Below are positions 26,248 through 36,373 of a DNA stretch of 53,295 nt, piece after piece; positions within the stretch are counted from its first letter, which is position 1, and the number at the start of each line of letters is the position of its first letter. Made by a program: the position numbers and the translations under genes. The stretch is from a virus (Duplodnaviria > Caudoviricetes), in IMG/VR virus record IMGVR_UViG_3300033076_000662, positions 1 through 53,295 of that record; one strand, 5' to 3'. The notes under the pieces are model-generated. The model searched no databases. It was not told the DNA's origin and worked only from the letters and a program-made list of their open reading frames with translations.

Positions 26248-27446
26248 TAGAACGTTCCTCCGTCAACAACTCCGATTGGGGCCACTCCCAGCGCCGACCA
26301 CACCGCAGCTGGGTTAGCGGCGGTGAATATGGAGTCACCAAGCGATGTAGCACCTAGATTGATTCTGGCGGCCGACGGGGTTGTGGCGCCGGTTCCGCCC
26401 TGAGACACCTGCACCGGCAGGGAAATAGTAGACGTGTCCGCATCCACCACATTCACCCCGTCGCAATAGAAGATTGCGCGTTGGCCCGTAGATATGGCGA
26501 TACCAGTTCCGGAGGCTGTTTTGATTGTAAGGGTATACGCTCCTGACGTTTGGTTATCCACCCAATACTGCTGCACAGTAGTTGGGACAATCACGGACCT
26601 GTCCGCAGTCAGCGTCCCGGTGAATTTGTAACCAATTCGGTTCAATTCAGTACCGGTCAGCGTGTAGCTGCCGGAGCCTGAAACGTCAATCACCGTATAG
26701 TCGAACGCAAACACAGCGGGCTGTCCGAACCCGATGGTGAAGTAGTTTGCTCCGTCGGTGACGATGATGGCCGATTCGCCGGGCTGAAATGACAGGGTGG
26801 CGTATGAGTCGATAGTAGGGCTGCCGGACGGGTCAACAACCACCGCACCGGTGCCGGAATTGCGGAAATAACAAAACCAGTTGTTCCCCACAGAAGAAGC
26901 TGCGGGCAGCGTGAAGGTTCCGGCGGAGCCAGTCCACACAAACATAACTGCACGATCCGTAGGTCCGGCGGTGTAGTTGCTACTGAAGGTGGACACGGGT
27001 ACCGATTGGGACAGAGTAGAGCCGATAGCTACCACCCCGGTTCCGACCAGATTGGATGCGGTGGCCTCAGACACCAGGGACCCGTACTGCAGTGATTTCC
27101 AGCTTCCGGCTTCAGAAGTGTTGTTGGTCAGGTACAGCTGCCAAGAGGTCCCAGGGGCCACAACGAGTATCTGTGACCCAACGTAGTTCTTCAACACTAC
27201 GGAGTTAGACCCCACGTTGTTGATCAATACGGTTTCACCCAGACTGGCCTTGTTAGCGGCGGGCAGCGTCACGCTGTACGACGCCGAGCTGGACGTGATA
27301 TCCATGACTTTTGACAGCACGAAACTCGGGTCAGACAGCTCGTTTGGCCAGGACAGCGAGACGCTAGAAGTCAGGGTCAACAGCTGGTAACTGACCTCAG
27401 ACGGGTAGATGTTAGCGCCGCCAAACACATCGGTATAACTAGTCAT
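26247..27446 (-). CDS. tail structural protein
   Basis: Ser/Thr-rich repeated TLP.A...G beta units with a C-terminal GGTGAT...AR.NLG motif. Confidence 0.6.
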   Translation of the reverse strand: MTSYTDVFGGANIYPSEVSYQLLTLTSSVSLSWPNELSDPSFVLSKVMDITSSSASYSVTLPAANKASLGETVLINNVGSNSVVLKNYVGSQILVVAPGTSWQLYLTNNTSEAGSWKSLQYGSLVSEATASNLVGTGVVAIGSTLSQSVPVSTFSSNYTAGPTDRAVMFVWTGSAGTFTLPAASSVGNNWFCYFRNSGTGAVVVDPSGSPTIDSYATLSFQPGESAIIVTDGANYFTIGFGQPAVFAFDYTVIDVSGSGSYTLTGTELNRIGYKFTGTLTADRSVIVPTTVQQYWVDNQTSGAYTLTIKTASGTGIAISTGQRAIFYCDGVNVVDADTSTISLPVQVSQGGTGATTPSAARINLGATSLGDSIFTAANPAAVWSALGVAPIGVVDGGTF

Positions 27447-28075
27447 GCTTCAGCCCTAATAGAAGATCGATCGGTAATACGTTTCAAGTCCTCGGCCCCG
27501 ATACTTTGCAGAGCTTGAGCGTAGATTGGAGTCAGAGACTGTGCGCGGGCGTCATTTTTCAAGAACACCGCAGCCTCAACCAACGTTCCGTAAAGAAGTG
27601 CGTCCGGGGCATACTCGGTGAACCAGTTGGTCTGGTTCTCTTCGCTCAACAATGCCGGCTGTTCGTAGTACAGCACTTCAAGCGTAGAACCGGTGCTGGG
27701 GGTAGGAACAAACAACCAATGGTTGTAGTCGTAATCGGCATAAAACTCCGGGGTCCTGGTGTCCGACTCGTTCGGCCAGTACGACCTCAAGTACTCATAA
27801 GATCGCGGGAAGAGCGGGTTCCCGTCAGCTGTGATGCTAACTGTGTCGCGCCACCTGTCCGGCTTGCGGTACACGGCGACCCCTGCGGTCAACGGCGTGG
27901 ACACAGCCCGAATGAAACCCTGTATTTTGAGGTCCCTGGCAATCCGACGTTCAGCCAGCGAAACCATGCGCGGAAGCTGTTCGAACACCAACGGGTCGGA
28001 GGCTGGGGTGAAACCCCGTTCCATGTAACGTCTAGCATCGTCCAAAAGGGACGAGTAAGTCATGATGTAACTCAT
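27443..28075 (-). CDS. head-tail adaptor protein
   Basis: LAE.RI.R.L, P.P...Y.EVLYY and NW....PD.LLYG.L.EA..FLK pattern. Confidence 0.7.
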   Translation of the reverse strand: MSYIMTYSSLLDDARRYMERGFTPASDPLVFEQLPRMVSLAERRIARDLKIQGFIRAVSTPLTAGVAVYRKPDRWRDTVSITADGNPLFPRSYEYLRSYWPNESDTRTPEFYADYDYNHWLFVPTPSTGSTLEVLYYEQPALLSEENQTNWFTEYAPDALLYGTLVEAAVFLKNDARAQSLTPIYAQALQSIGAEDLKRITDRSSIRAEA

Positions 28076-28095
28076 AATACCACCATTTGCTGAAG

Positions 28096-28506
28096 TTACT
28101 TCAGTTTGGACCGCAAGTCGGATATCTGAGAGTTCAGATTTTCCAACCAGCCGCCGTCAACACCGAGGACCGCTTCCCTAAGCCTACGATCGGTGACGGA
28201 TGACTCCAACTGGATTATCTGTTCAAGTACAGACCGGTTCAGTTCTTCGTCGGTCTTACTCCTGACGACCCAATCAGTTTCCCATCTACACAGCTCCGAG
28301 TTGAAAGCACACCCCGATTGGACGGCAATTTGAAGGCTGGAGTCAACCACCGGAGGGCCAACACTAACCACGCGATGCACACCAAAATCAGCCATGGTTT
28401 GTTCCGGTACATCGGACGGGAAGCTGATATCTGGGTGGTCCAGCCTTAGCTGATCTACGGAATATGGGTAGGTTTTAACCGCACCATTATGAATAAGAAC
28501 ATACAT
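28096..28506 (-). CDS. tail fibre assembly-like protein
   Basis: YPYS..QLR.D.P..SFP motif, downstream of fibre genes. Confidence 0.55.
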   Translation of the reverse strand: MYVLIHNGAVKTYPYSVDQLRLDHPDISFPSDVPEQTMADFGVHRVVSVGPPVVDSSLQIAVQSGCAFNSELCRWETDWVVRSKTDEELNRSVLEQIIQLESSVTDRRLREAVLGVDGGWLENLNSQISDLRSKLK

Positions 28507-28508
28507 AA

Positions 28509-29771
28509 TTAGAAACTCCTGCTAGGTTTTATGGACACCAGTATCCCAGCTGACGCGGACCCAGATCCGAGACCAATGTACCTTGCCCCGATGTACCCGC
28601 TTTGAACAATCTGATCAAACACCCGATAACTAGTTGTGCGAGTATCGGAGTCGGTGACCCTCGGTGTCATACTGGTCGGGGCGACTAGGGTCAACGAGAT
28701 CTCGTTGACAGTTCCACAAGCTATTAACGCGGATTGGCTCTTTGACGGCGTGATCGAGGCAAGATTCAGCGGGTCAGAATTGGTTACAAACACCCCAACA
28801 GTGTCGTAACTGGCGTATCTGTAAGTGAGTATACATCCGGTGGTCAGGTTATTCGGCTCGGCGCATGTGAAGGTGTAGATGGAGGGTTCAGATTCACCGG
28901 CCATCTTATAAGCCAACCGCAAGTTGGGCAGACTACCTTCGTCTGCAATCTCCGTCCACCCAGTGTCTCCGGTCCAAGATCCAGACCCAGTTCCTCCGGC
29001 AGACATGACGGCAAGCATAAGGTCGCCGCTTATAGTGCCGGAGGGCTTTGATACCGTCAGCGTTTGACCCACGACAGTACTCTGTGTGGAGGCATAGGAC
29101 ACGAATTCAGGAGCCAAATAAGGTTCGTTGGTAATCTGGAATAATAAACCTGCAGTAATCGGACCGTTGCTGACGGAGAAAGTAAGCGTCTTGTTACCAG
29201 ATGATGAAGCTGCCTGATATTTATCATATATCAGAAACGCGCCGGGTCTCACACCAGTCGATCCGATGTATGATACGCGGTTTGTCATATCCGTAGGGAA
29301 ACTTCCGACCACTACGTTGTCGTCTTCGTTTGCGAAGACGGCACATAACCGGCCCGAATAAGACGGATTTATACTGCTGGCGGTCACTGTATTCGAAGTG
29401 GCTCTAGAGATAGCACCCACTGTGTTTACCCGCGTAGCATCTCGATACACTAGTATAGACACCGCGTTAGAGTTGGTAGCAGACCATGTGAACGAGTAAT
29501 CCCCGCTTTCAGATGCCGCCGACTTGACGGCTATAAACATGGTGTTACCAGTAGAGTTTTCAAGGTAAACCAAATTGAAACCAGCCGGCACAGACACGGT
29601 TGAGCCTGAAAACAGGTTGAACCCAACCGCGACCAGCAAATCGCCGTTTTGTATACCCGCCGGGGCTGTTACAGTATTGGTAAGGGTGGCGTACCTAGCC
29701 ACGCTACTGGATACGAACGCCGGGGGCTTCCTTAGCGCCCCGGTGCTGGACAAGAGCTTCGACGCTATCAT
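28509..29771 (-). CDS. tail fibre-associated / receptor-binding protein with a duplicated domain
   Basis: Two similar halves (P.G...GDLL.A...K.A..E...Y.F); start trimmed to MIASKLL. Confidence 0.55.
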   Translation of the reverse strand: MIASKLLSSTGALRKPPAFVSSSVARYATLTNTVTAPAGIQNGDLLVAVGFNLFSGSTVSVPAGFNLVYLENSTGNTMFIAVKSAASESGDYSFTWSATNSNAVSILVYRDATRVNTVGAISRATSNTVTASSINPSYSGRLCAVFANEDDNVVVGSFPTDMTNRVSYIGSTGVRPGAFLIYDKYQAASSSGNKTLTFSVSNGPITAGLLFQITNEPYLAPEFVSYASTQSTVVGQTLTVSKPSGTISGDLMLAVMSAGGTGSGSWTGDTGWTEIADEGSLPNLRLAYKMAGESEPSIYTFTCAEPNNLTTGCILTYRYASYDTVGVFVTNSDPLNLASITPSKSQSALIACGTVNEISLTLVAPTSMTPRVTDSDTRTTSYRVFDQIVQSGYIGARYIGLGSGSASAGILVSIKPSRSF

Positions 29772-30325
29772 TAAGAATCCCCAACCCGAGCTGCGTAGAT
29801 TGTCGTTCCGACCTTCCACATTTGTATTGCGGTATACCCAGTCGTATTCAGAACCGGGGCGGTGCCGAAATTGGTTTTCCACGACACAGGAACGGAAGAC
29901 CAATTGATCGTGTACGCGGACCCGTCATCCACCATTAACGTCAAAGACTGGCCTTCGGCCCAAGTTCCAGCCGTAGGGGTCGAATTGTCGGTCAAAGTCC
30001 AAGTCTGAATAGACCCGTTAGCTGGGGAAAGAGCAGGCGTGGTCCCAGATATGGCGTATACTTGTTCAGTGTACCCACCGGTGATGATCTGACCAGCAAT
30101 GGTTTTGTTGGTCAGGGTTTGTGCCCCAGTCAGCGTCACCAGCCCAGACGAAATGACGGCCGAATCAGCGATGGTGACCACCGTTCCGGCGGCGTTTTTG
30201 AAGAACAGTTTTCCGTCTTGGATATTAATAGCCAGCTCTCCGGGCTGCAGGCTACCGGAGAGAGGGACAGCACCGGCAGTAGAACTCCGATATAGCTGAA
30301 TGGGGGTGTAGTTGGTCTGCGGCAT
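29771..30325 (-). CDS. short tail fibre protein
   Basis: P....L..GELAIN..DGKLF.K fibre N-terminus and TLTG.QTLTNKT. Confidence 0.6.
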   Translation of the reverse strand: MPQTNYTPIQLYRSSTAGAVPLSGSLQPGELAINIQDGKLFFKNAAGTVVTIADSAVISSGLVTLTGAQTLTNKTIAGQIITGGYTEQVYAISGTTPALSPANGSIQTWTLTDNSTPTAGTWAEGQSLTLMVDDGSAYTINWSSVPVSWKTNFGTAPVLNTTGYTAIQMWKVGTTIYAARVGDS

Positions 30326-30326
30326 A

Positions 30327-30674
30327 TTACTTCAGCCTCTCCAGTTTGTACAGCGTGCGGGCATGTAGACCGCATATTTCGTCTAGCAGGTTCTCAAGCA
30401 GCGGAATGCCGCCGGATAGCTTCTCTCGGTTGTCCGTAATCCAAGCCATTGAATCAGCGATACCTTTTTTAGCGTCGGAATCATACTTGGTTTTTCCGAC
30501 CACCCCGAACACACCCTGGTATGACTCAATGTACCCGTCAAGCTGTTCGATGAGTTCTTCGTAGAACTCACCCAGAGCTTGGTGCTGGGAGTAAGATTCG
30601 GTTTTCCAATGCTCCACATGAGACGCATCTCTGAGGGCCAGGGCCTTGTCTATAAATTGTTCAATCAGCGCCAT
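30327..30674 (-). CDS. Dps/ferritin-like four-helix protein (DUF5856-like)
   Basis: H..HW.T.SY..H.ALGEFY......D...E.YQG ... TLYKL pattern. Confidence 0.65.
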   Translation of the reverse strand: MALIEQFIDKALALRDASHVEHWKTESYSQHQALGEFYEELIEQLDGYIESYQGVFGVVGKTKYDSDAKKGIADSMAWITDNREKLSGGIPLLENLLDEICGLHARTLYKLERLK

Positions 30675-30688
30675 TTTAGTATACCGGT

Positions 30689-31918
30689 TTAAGCAATCAA
30701 CAGTCGATACGCCGGTTTGATAACGCTACCTGGAGTGGTGCCCGGTAGATTGGAGGTTTTCAACGTCACCGTAGCGTCACCCCAGATGTAAAACCTCAGC
30801 CGGGTATTGGCCGCATAGTACCGGGTAGCATTCACCTGCACTTGGGTCTCAGTCGCGTTCTGCAGAACCAGCTGCCTACCGGAATACGTAGTCGGGTTCC
30901 AGGTTACACCGTCAGAAGAATCTTCAGCGTAGAAATAGATACTCTTGTTCGAGGATGAAGGCTCAGCGTTGAACTGAATGTTGATAGCGTAAGACCCGTT
31001 CTGCAGGATTGTAACAACCCCGGTGTCGGAATTATACGTAAATCCGGAAGAACCCGCCACCAGCGTCGGCGCGGCGAATACCTGCGGGGTGGTAGGTAGG
31101 GTTACAGATGCGCGAGTGTCCCTAATTTCAGCGTTCGGGTACCATGCTGTTTTATCTACATGGATATATACCCTACCTGACACAGCGTCCGACGTCACCA
31201 CGGTACCAATATCTACTACGTAATTCGGCTGTAGCGGAGCAGTTGAAGTCCAGTCCCCAGAGGACGCGGCCGACAAGTACAACCGAGTTCCAGCAGGATA
31301 CCCGGTTGTATTCAACCCGTTAACCACCCCAGAAACACAAACGTAACCGTAACCACCGGCATCAATATCAGCCGTTACCATCCCGAGCGTGGACTGGGAA
31401 GCCGTTGCGGTATCGGCTTTAGCGAGGGTAACAGTGGGCCAGCCGCCGGACGCACCGCTTATATACACCATCTTACCATTAAGCAGCGCGGAGCCCGTCG
31501 TGTTGTACACACGGACTAATTGCTCCCGACCCAGGTTGACAGTTACGTCCGAATCATCGTTGTAATAGGCTAGGGAATGAGATTCAGCGTCGTAGAACAG
31601 CTTGCCTTCCGCATGCGGCGGTACCGGGGCAGAGCTGTTGAACCCCACCCGAGATATCCCAGTCAAGGAGGTTATATCGGAGTTATCCCCAACCAGCGCG
31701 TAGCTTTGTGACAGCTTGGCGGGGGTTACTGCACCGCCCGCTAGCTTGGACTCAGTTATGGAACCGTCTGGGATGGTGCCCGTAACGATATCCCCGGCTC
31801 GGATTTTGTAAGTCCTGCCGCCGTAGATAAAAATCAGGTATCCATCGGGCGATGCCACCGGGGACTCCGGCAGCTGAGACACCCGTGTCGGAATGAGATT
31901 ACTAGGGACTTGCGCCAT
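30689..31918 (-). CDS. tail fibre / spike protein
   Basis: VPSNLIPTR.SQLP anchor, G.VYISG and G..LYLS...G motifs, C1q-like C-terminus. Confidence 0.6.
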   Translation of the reverse strand: MAQVPSNLIPTRVSQLPESPVASPDGYLIFIYGGRTYKIRAGDIVTGTIPDGSITESKLAGGAVTPAKLSQSYALVGDNSDITSLTGISRVGFNSSAPVPPHAEGKLFYDAESHSLAYYNDDSDVTVNLGREQLVRVYNTTGSALLNGKMVYISGASGGWPTVTLAKADTATASQSTLGMVTADIDAGGYGYVCVSGVVNGLNTTGYPAGTRLYLSAASSGDWTSTAPLQPNYVVDIGTVVTSDAVSGRVYIHVDKTAWYPNAEIRDTRASVTLPTTPQVFAAPTLVAGSSGFTYNSDTGVVTILQNGSYAINIQFNAEPSSSNKSIYFYAEDSSDGVTWNPTTYSGRQLVLQNATETQVQVNATRYYAANTRLRFYIWGDATVTLKTSNLPGTTPGSVIKPAYRLLIA

Positions 31919-31929
31919 CTACGTCTCTT

Positions 31930-32232
31930 TCAAGGAATTAGGTAACTGCCGCCGTCTTCAGTCAGCAGGAATGAGTCCCCGTCTTCGGTGATGACGCCAG
32001 AGGGATTGGTTCCAATCGGCTCGTCAGGACGCACGAACGGCAAAACCACCCTGTCTTCGCCTCTGGGAGCCAGTCGATATGGGTCGTATTCGTCCCGGTC
32101 GTCGCGACACACCATGAGCGCGGGGAAGTTCGGGTCGGGCCGGAGTTCTGCCAATTTGAATTTGCGGGAACACCGCGCACATAGCGCAACGCCGAATGTG
32201 GATTCGCCGCGAACGTCAGTGAATCGGCTCAT
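31930..32232 (-). CDS. small virion protein with CxxC
   Basis: CARC..KF...L..DPN...L.VC...D..DPYRL pattern. Confidence 0.6.
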   Translation of the reverse strand: MSRFTDVRGESTFGVALCARCSRKFKLAELRPDPNFPALMVCRDDRDEYDPYRLAPRGEDRVVLPFVRPDEPIGTNPSGVITEDGDSFLLTEDGGSYLIP

Positions 32233-33209
32233 TTAGTGTACATCCCGATAGAAGGCTGAATGAACGTAGGCGATCCGTCATTATCACCATCCCACGCCGC
32301 CTGCAGAGACATGGCTGCACGTTGTTCCAGCACCGGGATCAGGTTAGCGTCTACCGCCGGGGTTTCTGCCGCGACACGGGCAGCTAGCCCATTGATAATA
32401 GCCTCCAACCATCGGGCGGGGACCTCTACGTCCTGCCGGAGGTTTTGCGTATCCATGATCTGCCTGTGGCGCCAGACCACTACCTGTTGGTGCTCCGCAG
32501 CCGCGTTGGGCGATGGCCACAGGTTGAGCACCGGGTAGGGCTCTGAGCGTTGGAACCAATAAGTAAGCGGACGCCCCTGGTAAACTTTGTTGCTTTGAGC
32601 GGCGTAAGTGTCACGGTTCAGCGCGCCCATTGGGATCTCTTGCGGCATGTTACCGAAGAACACCTGCGACACAGAAATGGGGGAGGACGAGACCAACCTG
32701 TAGTAGTCGCGCGTAACCACCGGAGACAGATCCCACCACTCCCATTCCCCGGCTGCCGCGCCGGAATCTGTGGTGCGCAGCGTGGCCCAAGACACGCCGT
32801 CGGTGGAAGTTTGCAGTGACAACGCCACACCAGTGGCGGACCATTTGACACCAACCGTGCCGACCGCAGCCCCGCCCGCGAAGTACGCCTCGTAGCTGGT
32901 CGAGGTTTGGGTGACGGAGCCCGTGAATTCCTGCAGGGTGCGCAGATTGGCGTTCAGGACCTCGATTGTACCTTTATCCAATGGTACCTGGCTAACACCC
33001 TCGTACATCGGGTAGATCTGACGCTCGATGCACCACGACGGTGGTTTGGGGTTGGCCAGGGAAGAAAGAAACGCGTAGAGAGACTCTAGCGCGTACTGTT
33101 GCATCTCTGCCGTTATACCTTGCGCAGGGAGGCGGCAGCGCCTGAATGCGTGATCTACGACCCGTAGCGCATTGAATGTGGTATTGCTAATTGCGCCCGA
33201 GTAGGCCAT
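32229..33209 (-). CDS. tail/neck protein with an inserted discoidin-like domain
   Basis: SG....F......AFRRC N-terminus, S.DG..W...YYRL insert, GRP..YW...LWP.P. Confidence 0.6.
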   Translation of the reverse strand: MAYSGAISNTTFNALRVVDHAFRRCRLPAQGITAEMQQYALESLYAFLSSLANPKPPSWCIERQIYPMYEGVSQVPLDKGTIEVLNANLRTLQEFTGSVTQTSTSYEAYFAGGAAVGTVGVKWSATGVALSLQTSTDGVSWATLRTTDSGAAAGEWEWWDLSPVVTRDYYRLVSSSPISVSQVFFGNMPQEIPMGALNRDTYAAQSNKVYQGRPLTYWFQRSEPYPVLNLWPSPNAAAEHQQVVVWRHRQIMDTQNLRQDVEVPARWLEAIINGLAARVAAETPAVDANLIPVLEQRAAMSLQAAWDGDNDGSPTFIQPSIGMYTK

Positions 33210-33271
33210 GCGGTAAACTCCAGGATTCTAAATCTCCCGTGAATTATACCGCAAGGCTGTCAGCAGGGCAA

Positions 33272-33442
33272 TTACTTTTTACCGACCTGACGAGCCTGGG
33301 ACAGTGCGATAGCAACTGCCTGCTTCGGGTTTTTGACGACCTTGCCGTCTTTACCGGAGTGAAGTGAGCCCTTTTTGAACTCGCTCATTACAGTGCCGAC
33401 CTTGGCCTGTTGCTTCGGAGCCAGTTTCTTTGCAGTTGCCAT
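33272..33442 (-). CDS. small basic protein (DUF6496-like)
   Basis: KV..VM.EFK.G.LHSG...VKNPKQA.AIALS.AR; start trimmed to MATAKK. Confidence 0.7.
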   Translation of the reverse strand: MATAKKLAPKQQAKVGTVMSEFKKGSLHSGKDGKVVKNPKQAVAIALSQARQVGKK

Positions 33443-33503
33443 TTTCACACCTTGAACAGAACCCAGAACCAAATAACCGGGATGAGTACCGCGAAAAGCG
33501 CAC

Positions 33504-33677
33504 TCACACACGACCTCGCTTGTCGTAGATAGACAGGGCGACACCTACCAGCGCGGAACCCCCGCCGACGATGGCGTCCATCGTACCGCCGTCAATACCG
33601 TACTTAACGGCAAAAGCACCGCCCAGAGCGGTCAGGATGTGACGAGCCAGAGCAGCCAGAATAGTCGTGTTCATCAT
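33504..33677 (-). CDS. putative holin
   Basis: Read by hand: MMNTTILAALARHILTALGGAFAVKYGIDGGTMDAIVGGVSALVGVALSIYDKRGRV; two hydrophobic segments, a basic tail, adjacent to the endolysin. Confidence 0.7.
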   Translation of the reverse strand: MMNTTILAALARHILTALGGAFAVKYGIDGGTMDAIVGGGSALVGVALSIYDKRGRV

Positions 33678-33689
33678 CTTAACTTCCTT

Positions 33690-34166
33690 TCAAGTTTGCA
33701 GCAGCGCTGCGATTCTACGAGCCCAACCCTTACCGAACGCACCCCAAGTGGGCAGATTCGTCATGAATTGTAACCGCATTCCGAGCATGCGAGCCAGCAC
33801 ACGGTCCGGAACACACTGTTGCGCTGACAACCTGGTCTGCGCACCGATAACGCCGTCAGCCTTCACACCTAACGCACGTTGAAGCCAGTACGTCGCCTGA
33901 ACCGGACCTGAGTTGTACGCGGCGTCAAATACTGCGTAGCGCAATTGGTCTGGCAACTCATCGGCTCTGACCGCATCCCAGTACTCCGAACGGGCAATGC
34001 GCTTGGCAACACCAACCGACAGGTCCCGCATAGACCCCGTGTACCCATTGGCCCGTGCCACCCGCTCCGTTATACCCCAACGGGTGGCTCCACCGGGATC
34101 ACTGGGGTTGTCTGTAAAGTCGCCCTCATGGCCGAGTAGTGCGTCAAATGCAAGGTCGAAATTCAT
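33690..34166 (-). CDS. glycoside hydrolase family 108 endolysin
   Basis: HEG....P.DPGG.T.WGIT, FDAAYNSG, LQRALGV..DG.IG..T and FGKGW.RR motifs. Confidence 0.9.
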   Translation of the reverse strand: MNFDLAFDALLGHEGDFTDNPSDPGGATRWGITERVARANGYTGSMRDLSVGVAKRIARSEYWDAVRADELPDQLRYAVFDAAYNSGPVQATYWLQRALGVKADGVIGAQTRLSAQQCVPDRVLARMLGMRLQFMTNLPTWGAFGKGWARRIAALLQT

Positions 34167-34351
34167 AGTTTTCCGCTACCGCCTAACCAAGCAAATAGCG
34201 CGAGAGCACCCGCCCCAACCAGCCATAGAACCTTGTTAACAACGGATTTGCCGATTTGAGTGTATACCCGCTCGATGGCGACCTCGGCGGCTCGCTCTGC
34301 GATAGCTTCAATTTGAGCCTCAGTCAGTTGGGGTATGGACGTTGGGGGCAT
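34163..34351 (-). CDS. small membrane protein (lysis cassette)
   Basis: 62 aa with one C-terminal transmembrane segment, overlapping the lysin start. Confidence 0.6.
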   Translation of the reverse strand: MPPTSIPQLTEAQIEAIAERAAEVAIERVYTQIGKSVVNKVLWLVGAGALALFAWLGGSGKL

Positions 34352-34365
34352 ACGGATACTAGTCG

Positions 34366-34635
34366 TTACGCTTCTATTGGTTTCAGCCCCAAGGAGGCAA
34401 GGACTTCCTGAACATCATCGTAGTAGACCTGACTCGGCCACGCCACAGAGCCGTCGGTGATGCGGGCCAGATCCTCGTCGGCCCACAGGCCAGCGCAGAC
34501 GTAGCGGGTGGCGACGGTAGGATCAGCGCCTTCAGTGGCCTCGTAGAAGCCGCTGACAAACGAGCCGGGGAAATCGGCCTGCGCGGCGGCTTGGTCGTCT
34601 TCGGTGATGATGACTGTTGCGTTGGTGTAGTCCAT
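34366..34635 (-). CDS. hypothetical protein (possible fibre chaperone)
   Basis: Acidic 89 aa protein, translationally coupled to the spike fibre gene. Confidence 0.55.
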   Translation of the reverse strand: MDYTNATVIITEDDQAAAQADFPGSFVSGFYEATEGADPTVATRYVCAGLWADEDLARITDGSVAWPSQVYYDDVQEVLASLGLKPIEA

Positions 34636-36362
34636 CAGTAGGCTCCCGTTTTCTGGTTCAGCCACGCCTCTGTGCCGGCAATCTCACTGGCGCTGGCTTG
34701 CTTGCCTGAGACGACTAGGCCGTATAGCCTGCCGTTGAACCACAGCGACGTGCCTGCACGAGCGCCGATGTAGAGCGGGTAGTTGCCGTAGTTGCCGGTG
34801 CCTTGGGTAGCAGTCGATTGCGCGACTTGTGCGCCGTTGACGCGCAGCGTTGCGGATGGGGCGGAGATGTTGCCGATGCCGCTAATCACGTTGGTTATTG
34901 GTTGCGGATACCCGCTATTTGCAAACGCTCCAGATGCAGCCGTGCCTGAAGTTTCAAACGAATAGCCCGTTGACGGAGGGAGGCCACCAGGGGCTGCCAT
35001 CCAAAATGTTCCTGCGCTACCAGGTGATGTACTAAGTTCAACTAGTGCTTTGTAGTTACCATCACTCAACTTCCTTGCCCCAGCCGACACAAACATCTTG
35101 TCGCCGTAGGTGAAGTCAATGCTGTTGGTTTGCAGCCACTGGTTCACGCCGTTGAAGCTCAGGTAGGGCTTGAAGCCCACGGTGTCGTAGTCTGTTGCTG
35201 TGTTGACGCGCTGATAGGCGGGTTGGTTCAGGGCGTCGTTGGTGACGCGGAGGTCTGCGCCCCAGATGTAGATGCCGGCAGTTACGCCATCGCCTATGCA
35301 TTGCGTACTGTTGTCGGCGTCTGAGCAATACAACCCTATGTTTGCATTGCCTCCTAGCGCAGCAGACAATGTGGCACTGATTCTGAGCCAGCCATTTCCA
35401 ATATCTGTTATGTTAGAAGAGGAAAAGTTGGCACCTCTAGTGCCGGGAACTTTATTATCCAAGTCAAACCAGCAATTATTGTTTCCATTATATGCCAACA
35501 GCATCGCCCACCGCTTGCTGCCTTTTTTTACATATGCCGAAAAAGTTTTCTGCGGTGATGTAAATTCTGTTCTGTAGATGCCAGAGAAAGTGTTTGTTGC
35601 GTTCGACGGGATAAGCGCGTCGGCAGTTATTGTTCCATTTGGGGCAGAAATCGCGTCTGCTGCTATGGTAACATTCTGCTTACTCCAAATAGCATCATCA
35701 AACTGCTCAGTCTTCGTCAGCAGGCTATACCTAGCCGACAGCACTGGAAAGTTCGCGCTGTTGCCGCTTGGGTTGAAGGCGTGGTTGCCGGGGAGTTCGC
35801 GGACGGAGAGTGAATTTATAATCGCAGTTCCAGAAGTGCCGGGTTCTGACGCAAGAATGTTTAGAAATGCCCCATACGCGGGAATCTGAATCGTGTATGT
35901 TACATTAGACGTAAAAGTAAAAAACGTAGCGGGAAGCGCACCAGTTACTGAACTTGTGAAATAGATACGATTAGTTGCCGCAGGTGATGAAATGTTGAAC
36001 GTAACGTAATATGTCCTGCCACTGATCGTACCTATGTTCTTGCCAACAACTCCCGTTCCAATCCCTGTGTACGAATACCTTGAGCCATCGACAATTGAGC
36101 ACGTTCCTGCTGCAGAGCCTCCACTGAGGCTAGACCAAACGTTATCCCCCAGCACCAACCCCTTCGACTTGTCCAGCATCAACCCAACAGGCTGCCCAAC
36201 AGCCGTCACAGGCGTGGTTCCGGCTGCGTCCTGGAACATCGTGCTGAAATCCGACGGGTCGTACCATGCGCCGTTGACGCCGGTGGTGAAGAGGCTAGCC
36301 GGAGTGTTGAACAGCGCGGCAACATAGTTCTTGGGGAACCCAAAACCAAACCCGAACGACAT
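34635..36362 (-). CDS. head spike fibre protein (LamG/lectin-like domains)
   Basis: G.WYDPSD..T.FQD.AGTTPV...GQPVG..LDKS N-terminus; TEQFD...W.K and G.GW.R.S head-fibre domain; LYIG.R.G....F.G..Y C-terminus; follows the spike base gene. Confidence 0.7.
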   Translation of the reverse strand: MSFGFGFGFPKNYVAALFNTPASLFTTGVNGAWYDPSDFSTMFQDAAGTTPVTAVGQPVGLMLDKSKGLVLGDNVWSSLSGGSAAGTCSIVDGSRYSYTGIGTGVVGKNIGTISGRTYYVTFNISSPAATNRIYFTSSVTGALPATFFTFTSNVTYTIQIPAYGAFLNILASEPGTSGTAIINSLSVRELPGNHAFNPSGNSANFPVLSARYSLLTKTEQFDDAIWSKQNVTIAADAISAPNGTITADALIPSNATNTFSGIYRTEFTSPQKTFSAYVKKGSKRWAMLLAYNGNNNCWFDLDNKVPGTRGANFSSSNITDIGNGWLRISATLSAALGGNANIGLYCSDADNSTQCIGDGVTAGIYIWGADLRVTNDALNQPAYQRVNTATDYDTVGFKPYLSFNGVNQWLQTNSIDFTYGDKMFVSAGARKLSDGNYKALVELSTSPGSAGTFWMAAPGGLPPSTGYSFETSGTAASGAFANSGYPQPITNVISGIGNISAPSATLRVNGAQVAQSTATQGTGNYGNYPLYIGARAGTSLWFNGRLYGLVVSGKQASASEIAGTEAWLNQKTGAY

Positions 36363-36373
36363 TAGGACACCCC

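Noticed and set aside
28509-36362. Diversity-generating retroelement targeting fibre genes
   Set aside because: No reverse transcriptase and no template/variable repeat pair seen
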